A model generated the notes under the pieces. It had not been told where the DNA came from, made no database searches, and saw only the letters and a list, made by a program, of their open reading frames with translations. Shown here piece after piece: positions 28,060 through 41,694 of a stretch of 64,000 nucleotides of DNA (its first letter is position 1; each line of letters begins with the position of its first letter). Source of the DNA: the human T2T-CHM13v2.0 reference genome, Homo sapiens. The position numbers and the translations under genes were made by a program. Location: assembly GCF_009914755.1 (NCBI RefSeq), contig NC_060947.1. One strand, written 5' to 3'.

Positions 28060-29599
28060 GTTGAAGCACAAGAGTAATTCGGGTCTCACTACCACCTTTG
28101 GAGCCCAAGCCATCTCTCTTTCCTTGTGCTGCCTCTTTGGCAAGGCAGCAGTTTCTTCACTCGTCTCTGGAACACTACTAAAGGGACCTGAGAACTGCCT
28201 TCCAACACCCATCAGAGACAGCATTTGCACCTGTCATTTTGGGGTCAGAGTGTGATCCTGCCTTGCCTAGCCCCACCCAGCTTTGCCCTTCCTCCTTCTT
28301 GGAGGCAGAGCATGGAACCAGGACCCCTGGGAGTTTTACAACCTGGCCCATTGCCTGGGACACCTGAGTACTTCTACTGGTTAACAAAGATGAAACATAA
28401 ACTCTAGTGCCACAACCATGGTTAATTTTCATCTGCAAACACCACCTACTGGCTGGGAGGTCAACCTGCACAGCCCATTACAACATTTGCTGACACAATT
28501 GCATAGTGCTTGTGAATGAGACAAGCTTTGCATGACCACTACAGCCACCATCAACCATGCCACCCTGGCTACTCAGGAGGACTTGAGACTGCTCACCCAT
28601 GCAGGACATTATTACCACAACTGATATTTGAGAAAGCCATCACACTAGTCTATTTATAGGCAAGGAAATTATACAGAGTCTATGCCACTGAATGTACCCA
28701 GAAGCAAAGAAAAATGACCCTATTCAACATTAATTATAGACACATCCTCAGGATAAACAAGTCCCACCCCAACAAAGGTAAATTTAAAAATAAGTGGGCT
28801 GGCCACTGTAGCTCACACCTATAATCTCAGCAGTTTTGGAGGCCAAGGCAAGATGATTGCATGAAGCCCAGAGTGTGAGACCGGCCTGGGCAACATAACA
28901 AGACCCTGTCTCTACAGTTTTTTAATTAGCCAGGCCTGTAGGTGGCAACAGTAGTCTCAGCAACTTGGGGAGCTGATGTGGCAGAAGGATTGCTTGAAAC
29001 AAGGAGTTTAAGGCTGCTGTAAGCTGTGATTATCCCACTGCACCCCAGCCTAGGTGACAGAGCCAGACCCTGTCTCTACAAACAAAAAAAGTAGTGACTG
29101 TTACACAAGTTGCAAAGGAATGTGCACAATGATACTGATAACAATCTTAAAAACCAGATGCTATGACACCTCCAAAGAAACACAGTAATTTTCTAACAAT
29201 GGATTCTAACCAAAAACAAGTCTTCACTATGCCAGTTAACAATTCAAAATGCAGACTTTAAAGAAAGTGAACAGGATACAGGTGAAATCTGAAAAGTAAC
29301 AGAATAAAATAAAAAATCAATTCAGGATATGAAATAAGAAATTTACCAAAGAGAGATACATTTAAAAAATAAAACAAAACTTCTGAAAATAAAATATTCA
29401 TTGAAGAAATTAAAAAATATATTTGAAATCTTCAATAATAGACTACACTGAGCAGACGAAAGAATCTCAGAACTTGAAGATAAGTCCTTTGCATTGATGC
29501 ATTTAGAAAACGAATTTTTAAAGTATAAAAAGAATTCAAAAGCCTTTGAAAAATATGGGACTACATAAAACAATGAAAGATATGAATCATAACTATTCC

Positions 29600-29600
<1 letters not shown>
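28060..29600 (+). mobile_element. L1 5' UTR and ORF1 fragment (old L1PB/L1M), interrupted by an Alu
   Basis: GC-richer UTR-like sequence, then ORF1 coiled-coil region (GAAAGAATCTCAGAACTTGAAGATAAG). Confidence 0.65.
28797..29090 (+). mobile_element. Alu (AluJ-like, diverged)
   Basis: GGCTGGCCACTGTAGCTCACACCTATAATC...GACCCTGTCTCTACAAACAAAAAAA. Confidence 0.9.
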
Positions 29601-31516
<1,916 letters not shown>

Positions 31517-31788
31517 GATTAATTGTTACATGGAGTATGATACATGAAGCATTAATCTCCAAACTATCCCTATTATGACTTTACATTGTTACTATACAGA
31601 AAGTTTCGAAACACAGAAAATTTTATTATTTGGCCAATCAACCTTCAATAGTTCTGTGAAAACTCCAGCATAAGATCCAAATTCCCTTCATTATTTGGTA
31701 CCTGAATTTTTTCCAGTCTTATCTCTAACACTCGTCAGTATCTATAATACACTATAGTCACATACACATAGAAAATGCTTTGTGATCT

Positions 31789-32826
31789 AAAATTGACAAA
31801 TGGGATCTAATTAAACTAAAGAGCTTCTGTACAGCAAAAGAAACTAACATCTGAGGGAAGAGGCAACCTAGAGAATGTGAGAAAAATTTTGCAATCTACC
31901 CATCTGGCAGGGGTCTAATATCCAAAATTTACAAAATACTTAAACAAACTTACAAAAAAAAAAAAAAAGAAAACACTACCATCAAAAAGTGGGGAAAGAA
32001 CATAAACAGGCACTTCCCAAAAGAAGACATTTATGTGACCAACAAACATATGAAAAAAACCTCCACATCACTGATCATTAGAGAAATGCAAATCAGAACC
32101 ACAGTGAAATACCATCTCACGCCAGTCAGAATGACAATTATTAAAAAGTTGAGAAACAACAGATGCTGATGAGGCTGTGAATAAATAGGAATGCTTTTAC
32201 ACTGTTGGTGGGAATGTAAATTAGCTCAACCATTGTGGAAGACAGTGTGGCAATTCCTCAAAAACCTACAATCAGAAATACCATTTGACCCGGGAATCCT
32301 ATTACTGGGTATATACCCAAAGGAATATAAATAATTCTATTATAAAGATACATGCACACATATGTTTACTGCAGCACTATTTACAATATCAAAGACATGG
32401 AACCAACCCAAATGCCCATCAATGGTAGACTGCTTAAAGAAAATGTGGTACATATGCACCATGGAATACTATGCAGCCATAAAAATGAATGAGATTATAT
32501 CCTTTGCAGGGGCATGGATAAAGCTGGAAGCCATCATTCTCAGCAAACTAACACGGGAACAGGACACCAAACACCACATGTTCTCATTCGTAAGTGGGAG
32601 TAGAACAATAAGAACACATGGACACAGAGAGGGGCACAACACACTCTGAAACCTGTCAGGTGGTGGGGGCAAGGGGAAGGAGAGCATCAGGACAAATAGC
32701 TAAAAACCTAGATGACAGGTTGTTGGGTACAGCAAACCACCATGGCACTCATATATATATATATATATATACCTGCACGTTCTGCTCATGTATCCCAAAA
32801 CATAAAGTAACAACAACAACAATAAC
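31789..32826 (+). mobile_element. 5'-truncated L1PA (ORF2 C-terminus and 3' UTR)
   Basis: ORF 32362-32649 (MFTAALFTISKTWNQPKCP); (CAA)n tail; TSD AAAATGCTTT at 31772 and 32827. Confidence 0.9.
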
Positions 32827-33319
32827 AAAATGCTTTATGTAGGGGAGAAGTGTGTACGCGTATGTGTGTGTGTAGTGTCACTGTTCAAATGAAAATCAGA
32901 AACGAAAATCCATTGGTGGGATTTTCTGAGCCATTTTAAAATAAATTTACATTTTTTTTAAATTTTGTTTTTCTGTAAGTTATTGGGGTACAGGTGGTTT
33001 TTGGTTACATGAGTAAGTCATTTAGTGGTGATTTGTGAAATCCTGGTGCACCCATCACCCGAGCAGTATATACTGCACCATATATGTTGTCTTTTCTCTC
33101 TTTTGCCCCTCTCCCATGCTTCTCCACAAGTCCCCAAAGCCCACTGTATCATTCTTATGCCTTTGTGTCCTCATAGCTTAGCTCCCACATATCAGTGAGA
33201 ACATACAATGTTTGGTTTTCCATTCCTGAGTTATTTCACTTAGAATTATAGTCTCCAATCTCATCCAGGTCATTGCAAATGCTATTAATCATTCCTTTTT
33301 ATGGCTTAGTAGTATTCTA

Positions 33320-33474
33320 TTATATATATACGTATATGTATATATATATATATACGTATATGTATATATATATATACGTATATGTATATATATATGTATA
33401 TGTATATATATGTATATATATACGTATATATACGTATATATATATACGTATATATATATACGTATATATATATA
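33320..33474. repeat. (TA)n microsatellite with TATACG/TATATG interruptions
   Basis: Directly visible. Confidence 0.95.
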
Positions 33475-35755
33475 CCAAAGTTTATCCATTTGTTGATTGA
33501 TGGGCATTTGGGTTGGTTGCACGATTTTGCAATTGTTAATTGTGCCGCTATAAACATGCGTGTGCAAGTATCTTTTTCGAATAATAACTTCTTTTTTTCT
33601 GGGTAGATACCCAGTTGTGGGATTGCTGGATCAAATGGTAGTTCTACTTTTAGGTCTTTAAGGAATCTCCACACTGTTTTCCATAGCAGCTGCACTAGTT
33701 TACATTTCCACTAGCAATGTAGAAGAAGTGTTCCCTGATCACCTCATTTACACCAACATATACTGTTTTTTGATTTTTTTATTATGGCCATTCTTTCAGG
33801 AATAAGGTGGTATCGCATTGTGGTTTTGATTTGCATTTCCCTGATCATTAGTGATGTTGAACATTTTTTCATGTGTTTGTTGGCCATTTGTATATCTTCT
33901 TTTAAGAATTGTCTATTCATGTCCTTAGCCCACTTTTTGATGGGATTGATTGTTTTTTTCCTTACTGATTTGTTTGAGTTCGTTGTAGAGTCTGGATATT
34001 AGTCCTTTGTCAGATGTATAGATTGTGAAGATTTTCTCCCACTCTGTGGGTTGTCTGTTTACTTTGACGACTGTTTTTTTTTTTTTTTGTCATTCAAAAG
34101 CTATTTTGTTGAATTAGGTCCCAGCTATTTATCTTTCTTTTTATTGCATTTGCTTTTGGGTTTTTGGTCATAAAATTATTGCCTAAGCCAATGTCTAGAA
34201 AGGTTTTTCCAGTGTTATCTTCTAGAGTTTTTATAGTTTTAGGTCTTAGGTTTAAGTCTTTAATCCATCCTGAGTTGATTTTTGAATAAGGTGAGAGATG
34301 AGGATCCAGTTTCATTCTGCCACATGTGGCTAGCCAATTTTCCCAGAACTATTTGTTGAAAAGGGTGTCTTTTCCCCACTTTATGCTTTTATTTGCTTTG
34401 TCGAACATCAGTTGGCTGTAAGCATTTTGGTTTATTTCTGGGTTCTTATTCTGTTCCATTGGTCTATGTGCCTATTTTTATACCAGTACCATGCTGTTTT
34501 GGTGACTATGGCCTTATAGCATAGTTTGAAATCAGGTAGTGTGATGCCTGCAGATTTGTTCTTTTTGCTTAGTCTTGCTTTGTCTATATGGGCTCTTTTT
34601 TGTTTCCATATGAATTTTAGAATTGTTTTTTCTAATGCTGTGAAGAATGATGGTGGTATTTTGATGGAGATTGCATTGAATTTGTAGATTGCTTTTGGCA
34701 GTATGGTCATTTTTACAATATTGATTCTACCCATTTATGAGCATGGCATGTGTTTCCATTTGTTTGTGTCATCTATGATTTCTTTCAGCAGTGTTTTATA
34801 GTTTTCCTTGATTTGATTCTCCACTTGGTCACTGTTGGTGTACAGAAAAGCTACTGATTTGTGTACATTAATCTTGTATCCAGAAACTTTGCTGAATTAT
34901 TTTATCAGTTCTAGGAGCTTTCTCGAGGAGTCCTTAGGATTTTCAAGGTAAATGATTATATCATTAGTAAACAGGGACAGTTTGAGTTCCTCTTTACTGA
35001 TTTGGATGCCTTTTATTTATTTCTCTTGTCTGATTGCTCTGGCTAGATCTTCCAATACTATGATGAAGAGGAGTGGTGATATAGTGACAGTCCTTGTCTT
35101 GTTTCCATTCTCAGAGGGAATGCTTTCAACTTTTCCCCATTCAGTATTTTGTTGACTCTGGGTTTGTCATAGATGTCTTTTACTACATTAAGGTATGTCC
35201 CTTGTATGCCAATTTTGCTGGGGGTTTTAATCTAAAGCGATGCTGGATTTTGTCAAATGCTTTTTCTGCATCTATTGAGATGATCATGTGATTTTTGTTT
35301 TAAATTCTGTTTATATGGTGTATCACATTTATTGAGTTGCATATCTTTAACCACCCCTGCATCCCTGGTATGAAACCCACTTGATTGTGGTGGATTACCT
35401 TTTAGATATGTTGTTGGATTCAGTTAGCTAGTATTCTGTTAAGGACTTTAGCATCTATGTTCATCAAGGATAGTGGTCTGTAGTTTTCCTTTTTGGTTAT
35501 GTTCTCTCCTGGTTTTGGTATTAGGGTGATGCTGGCTTCAGAGAATGAATTAGGGAGGGTTCCTTCTCTATATATCTTGTGGAATAATGTCCACAGGATT
35601 GGTACCAGTTCTTCCTTGAATGTATGGTAGAATTCTGCTGTGAATCTGTTTGGTCCTGGACTTTTTTTATGTTGGTAATTTTTAAATTATCATTTAAATC
35701 TCGCTGCTTGTTATTGGTCTCTTCAGGGTATCTACTTCTTGCTGATTAAGCTAGG

Positions 35756-36154
35756 TGTAAGATTGTCCCCATGGCCTGAAAGCTTAAGGAGATGTATAAC
35801 TCCTCGCTTCTCAGGCCCAGTCCCAAGGCGCAAGGCCACTTGCGTCAGCAGTGTGTGCGGCAGCATGCACCAGCAAGATAGCAGAGGCAGAAAAATAGCC
35901 AGTCAGAAGACACCTACCCCTGAAGATTGAGAAAGAGGCCATATGGGTAAAACATAGCAGTTACGTCAGACTAGGACACTTCCTGTTTACAGGAGACTGT
36001 AAAACATTTGTCCCATCCTCACTTGGTGCTAACGCCATTTTAAGCCTCAGCCCGCCTGCACCCAGGCACTCATTAAGACAGCATGTTGCTCCACACTGCC
36101 TCGTGTTGTCTGTTGGCGCACTCTCGGGGTTCAAACTGTTACAAGAACCTTATA
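35756..36154 (+). mobile_element. 5' LTR (MER48-like)
   Basis: Direct repeat of 41275-41694. Confidence 0.88.
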
Positions 36155-36157
36155 TTT

Positions 36158-36175
36158 TGGTGCTGAAATCTGGGA
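36158..36175 (+). promoter_or_regulatory. Primer binding site complementary to tRNA-Phe
   Basis: TGGTGCTGAAATCTGGGA versus TGGTGCCGAAACCCGGGA (15/18, all differences C>T). Confidence 0.88.
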
Positions 36176-36577
36176 GGGGCTCAGGTCTGCATCCCCCATG
36201 GACCTAGCCCTCCACCCCAAAGAGCAGGCCACAGCAGCTGGACAAAGGAAGGTCCTCAGCCTCCAGTCGCCTCTCTGTGCATGCAGTCGGTCACTGATCT
36301 CGCCTACTGGTAAGTTTCCCCAGAAGCCCAGTTAACAGAGAAAAATCTGCACAGCCTCTCTTGGTTTCTCCAGTCCAAAGCCCCAACATTGGTCCAAGAA
36401 GGCTCTGGCATGTGCCAGGCACCCGATAATTATCTAGTCTTAAGGGGACGCCTCTAAGCCATTTAATCCTGTTCCAGGAACAAAAAAGGCAGCAGTGATG
36501 ATGGCTCCTTTTATCTTCTCCCTCCGGCTGTCCAGGATGGCCTCCTTTTCCCTGTTCTCCCAAGCCCACCCTCCCTT

Positions 36578-37745
36578 ATGGGAAACTCCCGGTCCTCTGT
36601 TCCAAAAAAAAAAAACAGTCCTCTAGGCTGCCTCATAAAAAAACCTGCAAACATTAGGCCTCAAGCTAGATATGTGCCCTAAGCGCCTTGTCTTTTTTTT
36701 TTTTTTTTTTTTTTTTTGCAATTCAGTCTGGCCACAATATGAATTAAATAATGGGTCCAAATGGCCCGCAAATGGAACATTCAACTTTGCAATTCTAACT
36801 TATTTAAGCAATTAATGCTGACGACTGGAGAAATGGCAAGAAATTCCTTACGTCCAGGCCTTTTTACACTCAGATCACAACCTGTCCTCTGCAATTCTTG
36901 CTTATCTGTTCAAATCCTTCCCCTCCATTCTAGCCGCCCTAATCACCTTTCTCCTCCCAACCGTACCTCTTTTTTTCTCATTAAATCCAGCAGACTGCTG
37001 TCCACCCCTCCCAGCCCCTACCTCTTCCTCTCAACCATCTTCTTTAACCCCCCAAGCCTCCTCATTGTCTTCTCAGCTGCCATCTTCCCAGTCAGCTGTA
37101 TCCACTTATTTTTCTACACCGTCCCCTCCTCAGGACAATTCTAATATTACCTATACCTATTCTCCTCCCCCAACGCCCTCTCCTGAGGCTTGTAAACCTA
37201 TCCTGCCACCTTACGCCTCTGTCTATCCTCCACTGCCTATTAACTCAACCGCGCTTTCCCCTTCAAACCCTCAGAAGGAATCAGTATTTTAAACCTTCAG
37301 TTCATCTCCTAATCCACCCCCAATGTTTGGCTCAAGCTCCAGAAGCTTGACGACGGCCGTCAAACCCCACAACAAGTCCTTCTTAATTTAGCCTTCAAAG
37401 TCTTCAACAATTGTAATGAGGAAAGTAAAAGGCAAAAACAGGCAGAGTTTCAAATGCTTGCCTCCACCATCAGGGGCCCTGCAGGCCCACGGGGCCGCAG
37501 CTCCACACAGAAGCCTCCTAAAAATCCACCTCCACCTGGCGCCTATTTCAAGTGTGGCAATGAAGGCCACTGGTCCAGACAATGCCCAAACCCAGGTAAA
37601 GCCAGCAGTCCATGCCCCTCTCTGCGGAGAACCCCACTGGAAGTCGGACTGTAAGCAGCTCCCACAAGGACTGCCCCCATCCCTTCCTGAGCTAGCCAAA
37701 ACCTCCTACTTATATCTCATCGGCCTTGCCACTGAAGAATGATGG
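36578..37745 (+). pseudogene. gag remnant (MA, Pro-rich region, CA largely deleted, NC zinc knuckle)
   Basis: ATG GGA AAC (MGNS...) at 36578; LPPY late-domain-like motif; degenerate CCHC knuckle YFKCGNEGHWSRQC in ORF 37454-37654. Confidence 0.8.
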
Positions 37746-37779
37746 TGCCCTGGAACAGACACCCTGGCAACTACCTTTG

Positions 37780-40700
37780 CCTCATCCAAGCCAAGGGTAA
37801 CCCTGATGGTGGCAGGTAGGCCAGTATATTTTTAAATTAATACCAGGCAACCTACTCTGCTTTACCTAATTTTTCAGGAACCACCCAGTCCTCCCAGGTG
37901 TCTGTTGTAGGAATTAATGGACAAGTCTCCAAACCTCGAGTCCCCCCTCCACTTTTCTGCTCCCTTCACACCTTTTCCTTCACTCACTCTTTCTTAGTCC
38001 TGCCCTCATGCCCAACTACTCTCCTAGGCAGAAATATCTTTCCAAAACTCCACACTACTTTCCACTTCCACATTCCCCATAGTACCCAACACATCAACCC
38101 AGACCCCTCTGGGGCTTCTAACTTTCTTCTACTCCTCCAACCACCCACCTTAAAACGTGCAACTTTTTCTTGTCCCCCATCTGTAGTTAACCCCGCTGTT
38201 TAGGATACTTCCACACCCTCAGTCGCAGGACACCACACCCCTGTCCACAATACCCTTAAATAGCCCACCCAGTTCCTATCACAGAAGTAGTATGCCATCC
38301 CCCAAGTAGCTCTCATAAGCCTAAAGCCTATCATTTCTCGTCTCCTCTCCAGTCACCTACTCTGCCCAACAAACTCCCCTTTTAACACACCAGTTCTACC
38401 TGTGAAAAAGCTAGATGGAGCTTATCACTTAGTCTAGGACCTCAGGCTCATTAACCAAGCTGTACTCCCAGTATGTCCAGTAGTTCCTTACCCATATACT
38501 TTACTTTCCACAATTCCCTCCGATACCACTCATTTTTCTGTTCTAAACCTAAAGGATGCTTTTTTTTCATAATTCCTTTACACTCTGATTCCCAAAACCT
38601 CTTTTCCTTTATGTGGAATACCCCCGACACCCACCTTTCATGTGAGCTCACCTGGTGCATACTACCTCAAGGTTTCAGAGACAGCCCCCACTTTTCTGTG
38701 TCCAAAAGGCCCTTGCTCATGACCTCTGTAGCTTATCCCTAAAGCTGTCCACTCTCTTTCAATGTATTAATGATCTGCTCCTGTGTAGCCCCTCTCAAAA
38801 AAACTGCAACTACCATACTATCTCTCTTTTAAACTTCTTCCCAAAATGCGAGTATTAGGTCTCCCCTAAAGAAACAAAAATATGCACCCCCCTCAGTCAC
38901 CTATCTATGCCTAACTCTTACCCCATGAACCTGAGAGCTCACAACCGACCACATATCCCTCCTCCAGTCCCTCCTGCCTCCGCAAACTAAGCAAAAAAAT
39001 CTCTCTTTTCTAGGACTAGTGGGATATTGTAGGCTCTGGGTTCCCTCCTTCGCTCTATCTGCCAAACCATTATACCAGGCTGCTAAAGGCCCTCTCTATG
39101 TGCCATTAAACTCTGCACAGCCTATTACCCAACCTTTCCATCTACTCCAGAAGGCTCTCACCTCAGCCTCATCCTCACTCTCCCAGACCTCACCAAACCT
39201 TTCTCCCTCTATATCGACAGATGATGTAAAGTTGCATTATGTATTCTAACCCAGTCTAAGGGACCTACCGCCCAGGTTGTTGCCTACCTCTCTAAACAGC
39301 TTAAAGCCACCATTCTCCGATGGCCTGCCTGCCTTCAAGCATTGGTGGCAGCTGCTGTCCTCACCCTTGAAAGCCTAAAACTATCTCTCCATGCCAACCT
39401 AACAGTTTATTCAACCCATAACATCAAAAACATGTTAGCTCACTGCAGTGTACTAAGTCTCATCTCTGCCCCATGGCTCCTCCAACTGTATGCTCTATTC
39501 ATAGAAAACCCCCTCCTACCAATCACCATACTAACCAGCTCCCGTCTAAACACAGCCATGCTCTTACCTGAAGTTACAACCGCCCAAGACCCTACACACT
39601 TCTGTGTAAACACTGTTCAAACCTTCCTTATACCTTTTCCAAACCTAACAGAACAACCCTTTCCAGATGCCCCCTTTACTTAGTTTGTAGATGGCAGCTC
39701 CTTCCTACATCAAGGACGCTGGCATGCTGGCTATGCTATAGTGTCACCCCACACACACACACTATTGAAGCCAATCTGCTCTTGCTAAGCACCACCTCTA
39801 AAAAAGCTGAACTCGTCGCTCTTCCTCAAGCTCTCACTCTAGCAGCCAGACAACAAATCAACATATATTCAAATTCTCGTTATACATTCTACATAGTGTA
39901 CTCACACTCGTCCATCTGGAAAAAACGAGGCTTCCTAATTGCAAAAAACACTCCTGCCATAAATGGCTCTCTCATCAGCAAACTCCTTCAAGCTGCCAGG
40001 CTTCTACAGAAAGTTGCCATCATTTATTGCAGGGGCCACCAAACCCCGGATGATCCTATATCAGCTGGAAATAGGCTAGCAGATCAGATAACCAAACAAG
40101 TAGCCCTCCAACCCATGCAAGGCCAGTTTCTGTCCCTGTCCTTTTTCTCTCCTCTTTACTCCTCAGAAGAAAAGGAGGACTTCCAAGCCCAAAACCTTCA
40201 AAAGCAAGGACCATGGTATGTCAAGGAAAGGTGCTTTATTCTTCCTCACTCTCAAAGCCTTCCTCACCTCCAAAGCCTCCACAACCCTTTCCATATCAGT
40301 TACAACCTCTCTTGCAACTTCTCTGCCCTATTCTCACTTGCCCTCACCTTTCCAGCCATGTTTGAGAAATTACCTAGTCCTGCTCTGTCTGCCACTCAGT
40401 GTCACCCCAAGGCTCCTTCCAGCCACCTTTTCCTACCCACCAAGCCCAGGGCCAGGTACCCAGGCAAAATTAACAAATGGACTTCACTCACATGCTGGCC
40501 AATAAACGGCTCCACTATCTTCTAGTCTTTATCTGTACTTTCTCCAGGTAGATAAAAGCATTCCCAACAACTTCAGAAGGTATAAATGTCATCACACAAA
40601 CTCTCTTCATGCATATAATTCTCCGTTTTGGACTTCCAACATTCATCCAGTCCAACAACGGACCCTCCTTCATCAGCCAAATTATCCAAGGCATCTCTAC

Positions 40701-41100
40701 ATCCTTAGGTATAAAATGGGTTCTCCACACACCCTATAGGCCTCAATTCTCAGGCAAAGTTGAAAAAATTACGTCTGTCCTTAAAGCCCAACTCACCAAG
40801 CTGGCTCTAAAAACTCACCAGTCGTAAACAAAAAATCTCCCTTTCACCCTTATAAGACTCCACACAACACCAAAAGCACCCTCTTTTTATAGTCCCTTTG
40901 AAATCATATATGGCCAAACTTTTGTCTTGGGGTCTCCACCCTTACCAGACTCTGAGCCACTCAGATATTACCTCCCCTCCTTAATCCAGACATGGTCTTT
41001 CATTCGTGAAGCAGCAAATAAGGCCATGCCTCTCCCTGTTAACACCTTTTTGTCCTCTGAACGTAACTGTCTTACAGGCACAGACGTGTTTCCAGACAAT
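37780..41100 (+). pseudogene. pro-pol remnant (protease, RT, RNase H, integrase), disrupted
   Basis: LLGRNIF (pro); WCILPQGFRDSP and QCINDLLL (degenerate YVDD); GYCRLWVPSF; FVDGSS, AELVAL and CRGHQ (RNase H); IQSNNGPSF and YRPQFSGKVEK (IN). Confidence 0.9.
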
Positions 41101-41274
41101 CCAGATGATGCTTCTGCTACAGCGACATGGTAAATACCAACCCGTCTCTCAACAATACCCCCAAAATTAAGATTTTCTTTTTCCAAGATGTCCACGTCAC
41201 CCCCTATGTCATGCCTGAAGTAATTATTGAGTAAGTGGTCCCTTTTCCCTTTTCTCTAACCAAATAGACAGGAA

Positions 41275-41694
41275 TGTAAGATTCTCCCGGGGCCTGAAAG
41301 CTTAAGGAGATGAATAACTCCTCCCTTCTCAGGCCCAGTCCCAAGGCGCAAGGGCCACTTGTGTCAGCAGTGTGCACCAGCAGCGTGCGCCGGCAAGATA
41401 GCAGAAGCATGAAAAGGGCCGGCCAGAAGACACCTACTCTGGCTGGAAGACACGTACCCCTGAAGATCAAGAAAGAAGCTATCTGGGAACAATGTAGCAG
41501 TTACGTCAGACCAGGACACTTCCTGTTTACAGGAGACTATAAAACCTTTGTCCTATCATCACTTGATGTGGACGCCATTTTAGGCCTCAGCCCGCCTGCA
41601 CCCAGGCACTGATTAAAACAGCATGTTGCTCCACACTGCCTCGTGTTGTCTGTTGGCATGCTCTTGGGGTTCAAACTGATACAAGAACCTTACA
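41275..41694 (+). mobile_element. 3' LTR (MER48-like)
   Basis: Preceded by purine-rich AAATAGACAGGAA; TATA-like TATAAAA near 41538; ATTAAA near 41612. Confidence 0.88.

Larger units (their letters stand above)
35756..41694 (+). mobile_element. HERV-F group (HERVH48-like, MER48-like LTRs) provirus, defective and env-less, about 5.9 kb
   Basis: Paired LTRs (TGTAAGATT...AAGAACCTTA(C/T)A), 5-bp TSD CTAGG (35751-35755 and 41695-41699), tRNA-Phe PBS, gammaretroviral gag-pro-pol remnants. Confidence 0.88.

Noticed and set aside
33273-33695. Tyr/Ile-rich ORFs
   Set aside because: These are translations of the (TA)n microsatellite inside an L1
39782-40525. Longest ORF in the window (247 aa)
   Set aside because: ERV RNase H fragment that drifts out of frame into integrase; catalytic residues are degenerate and it is not an independent gene
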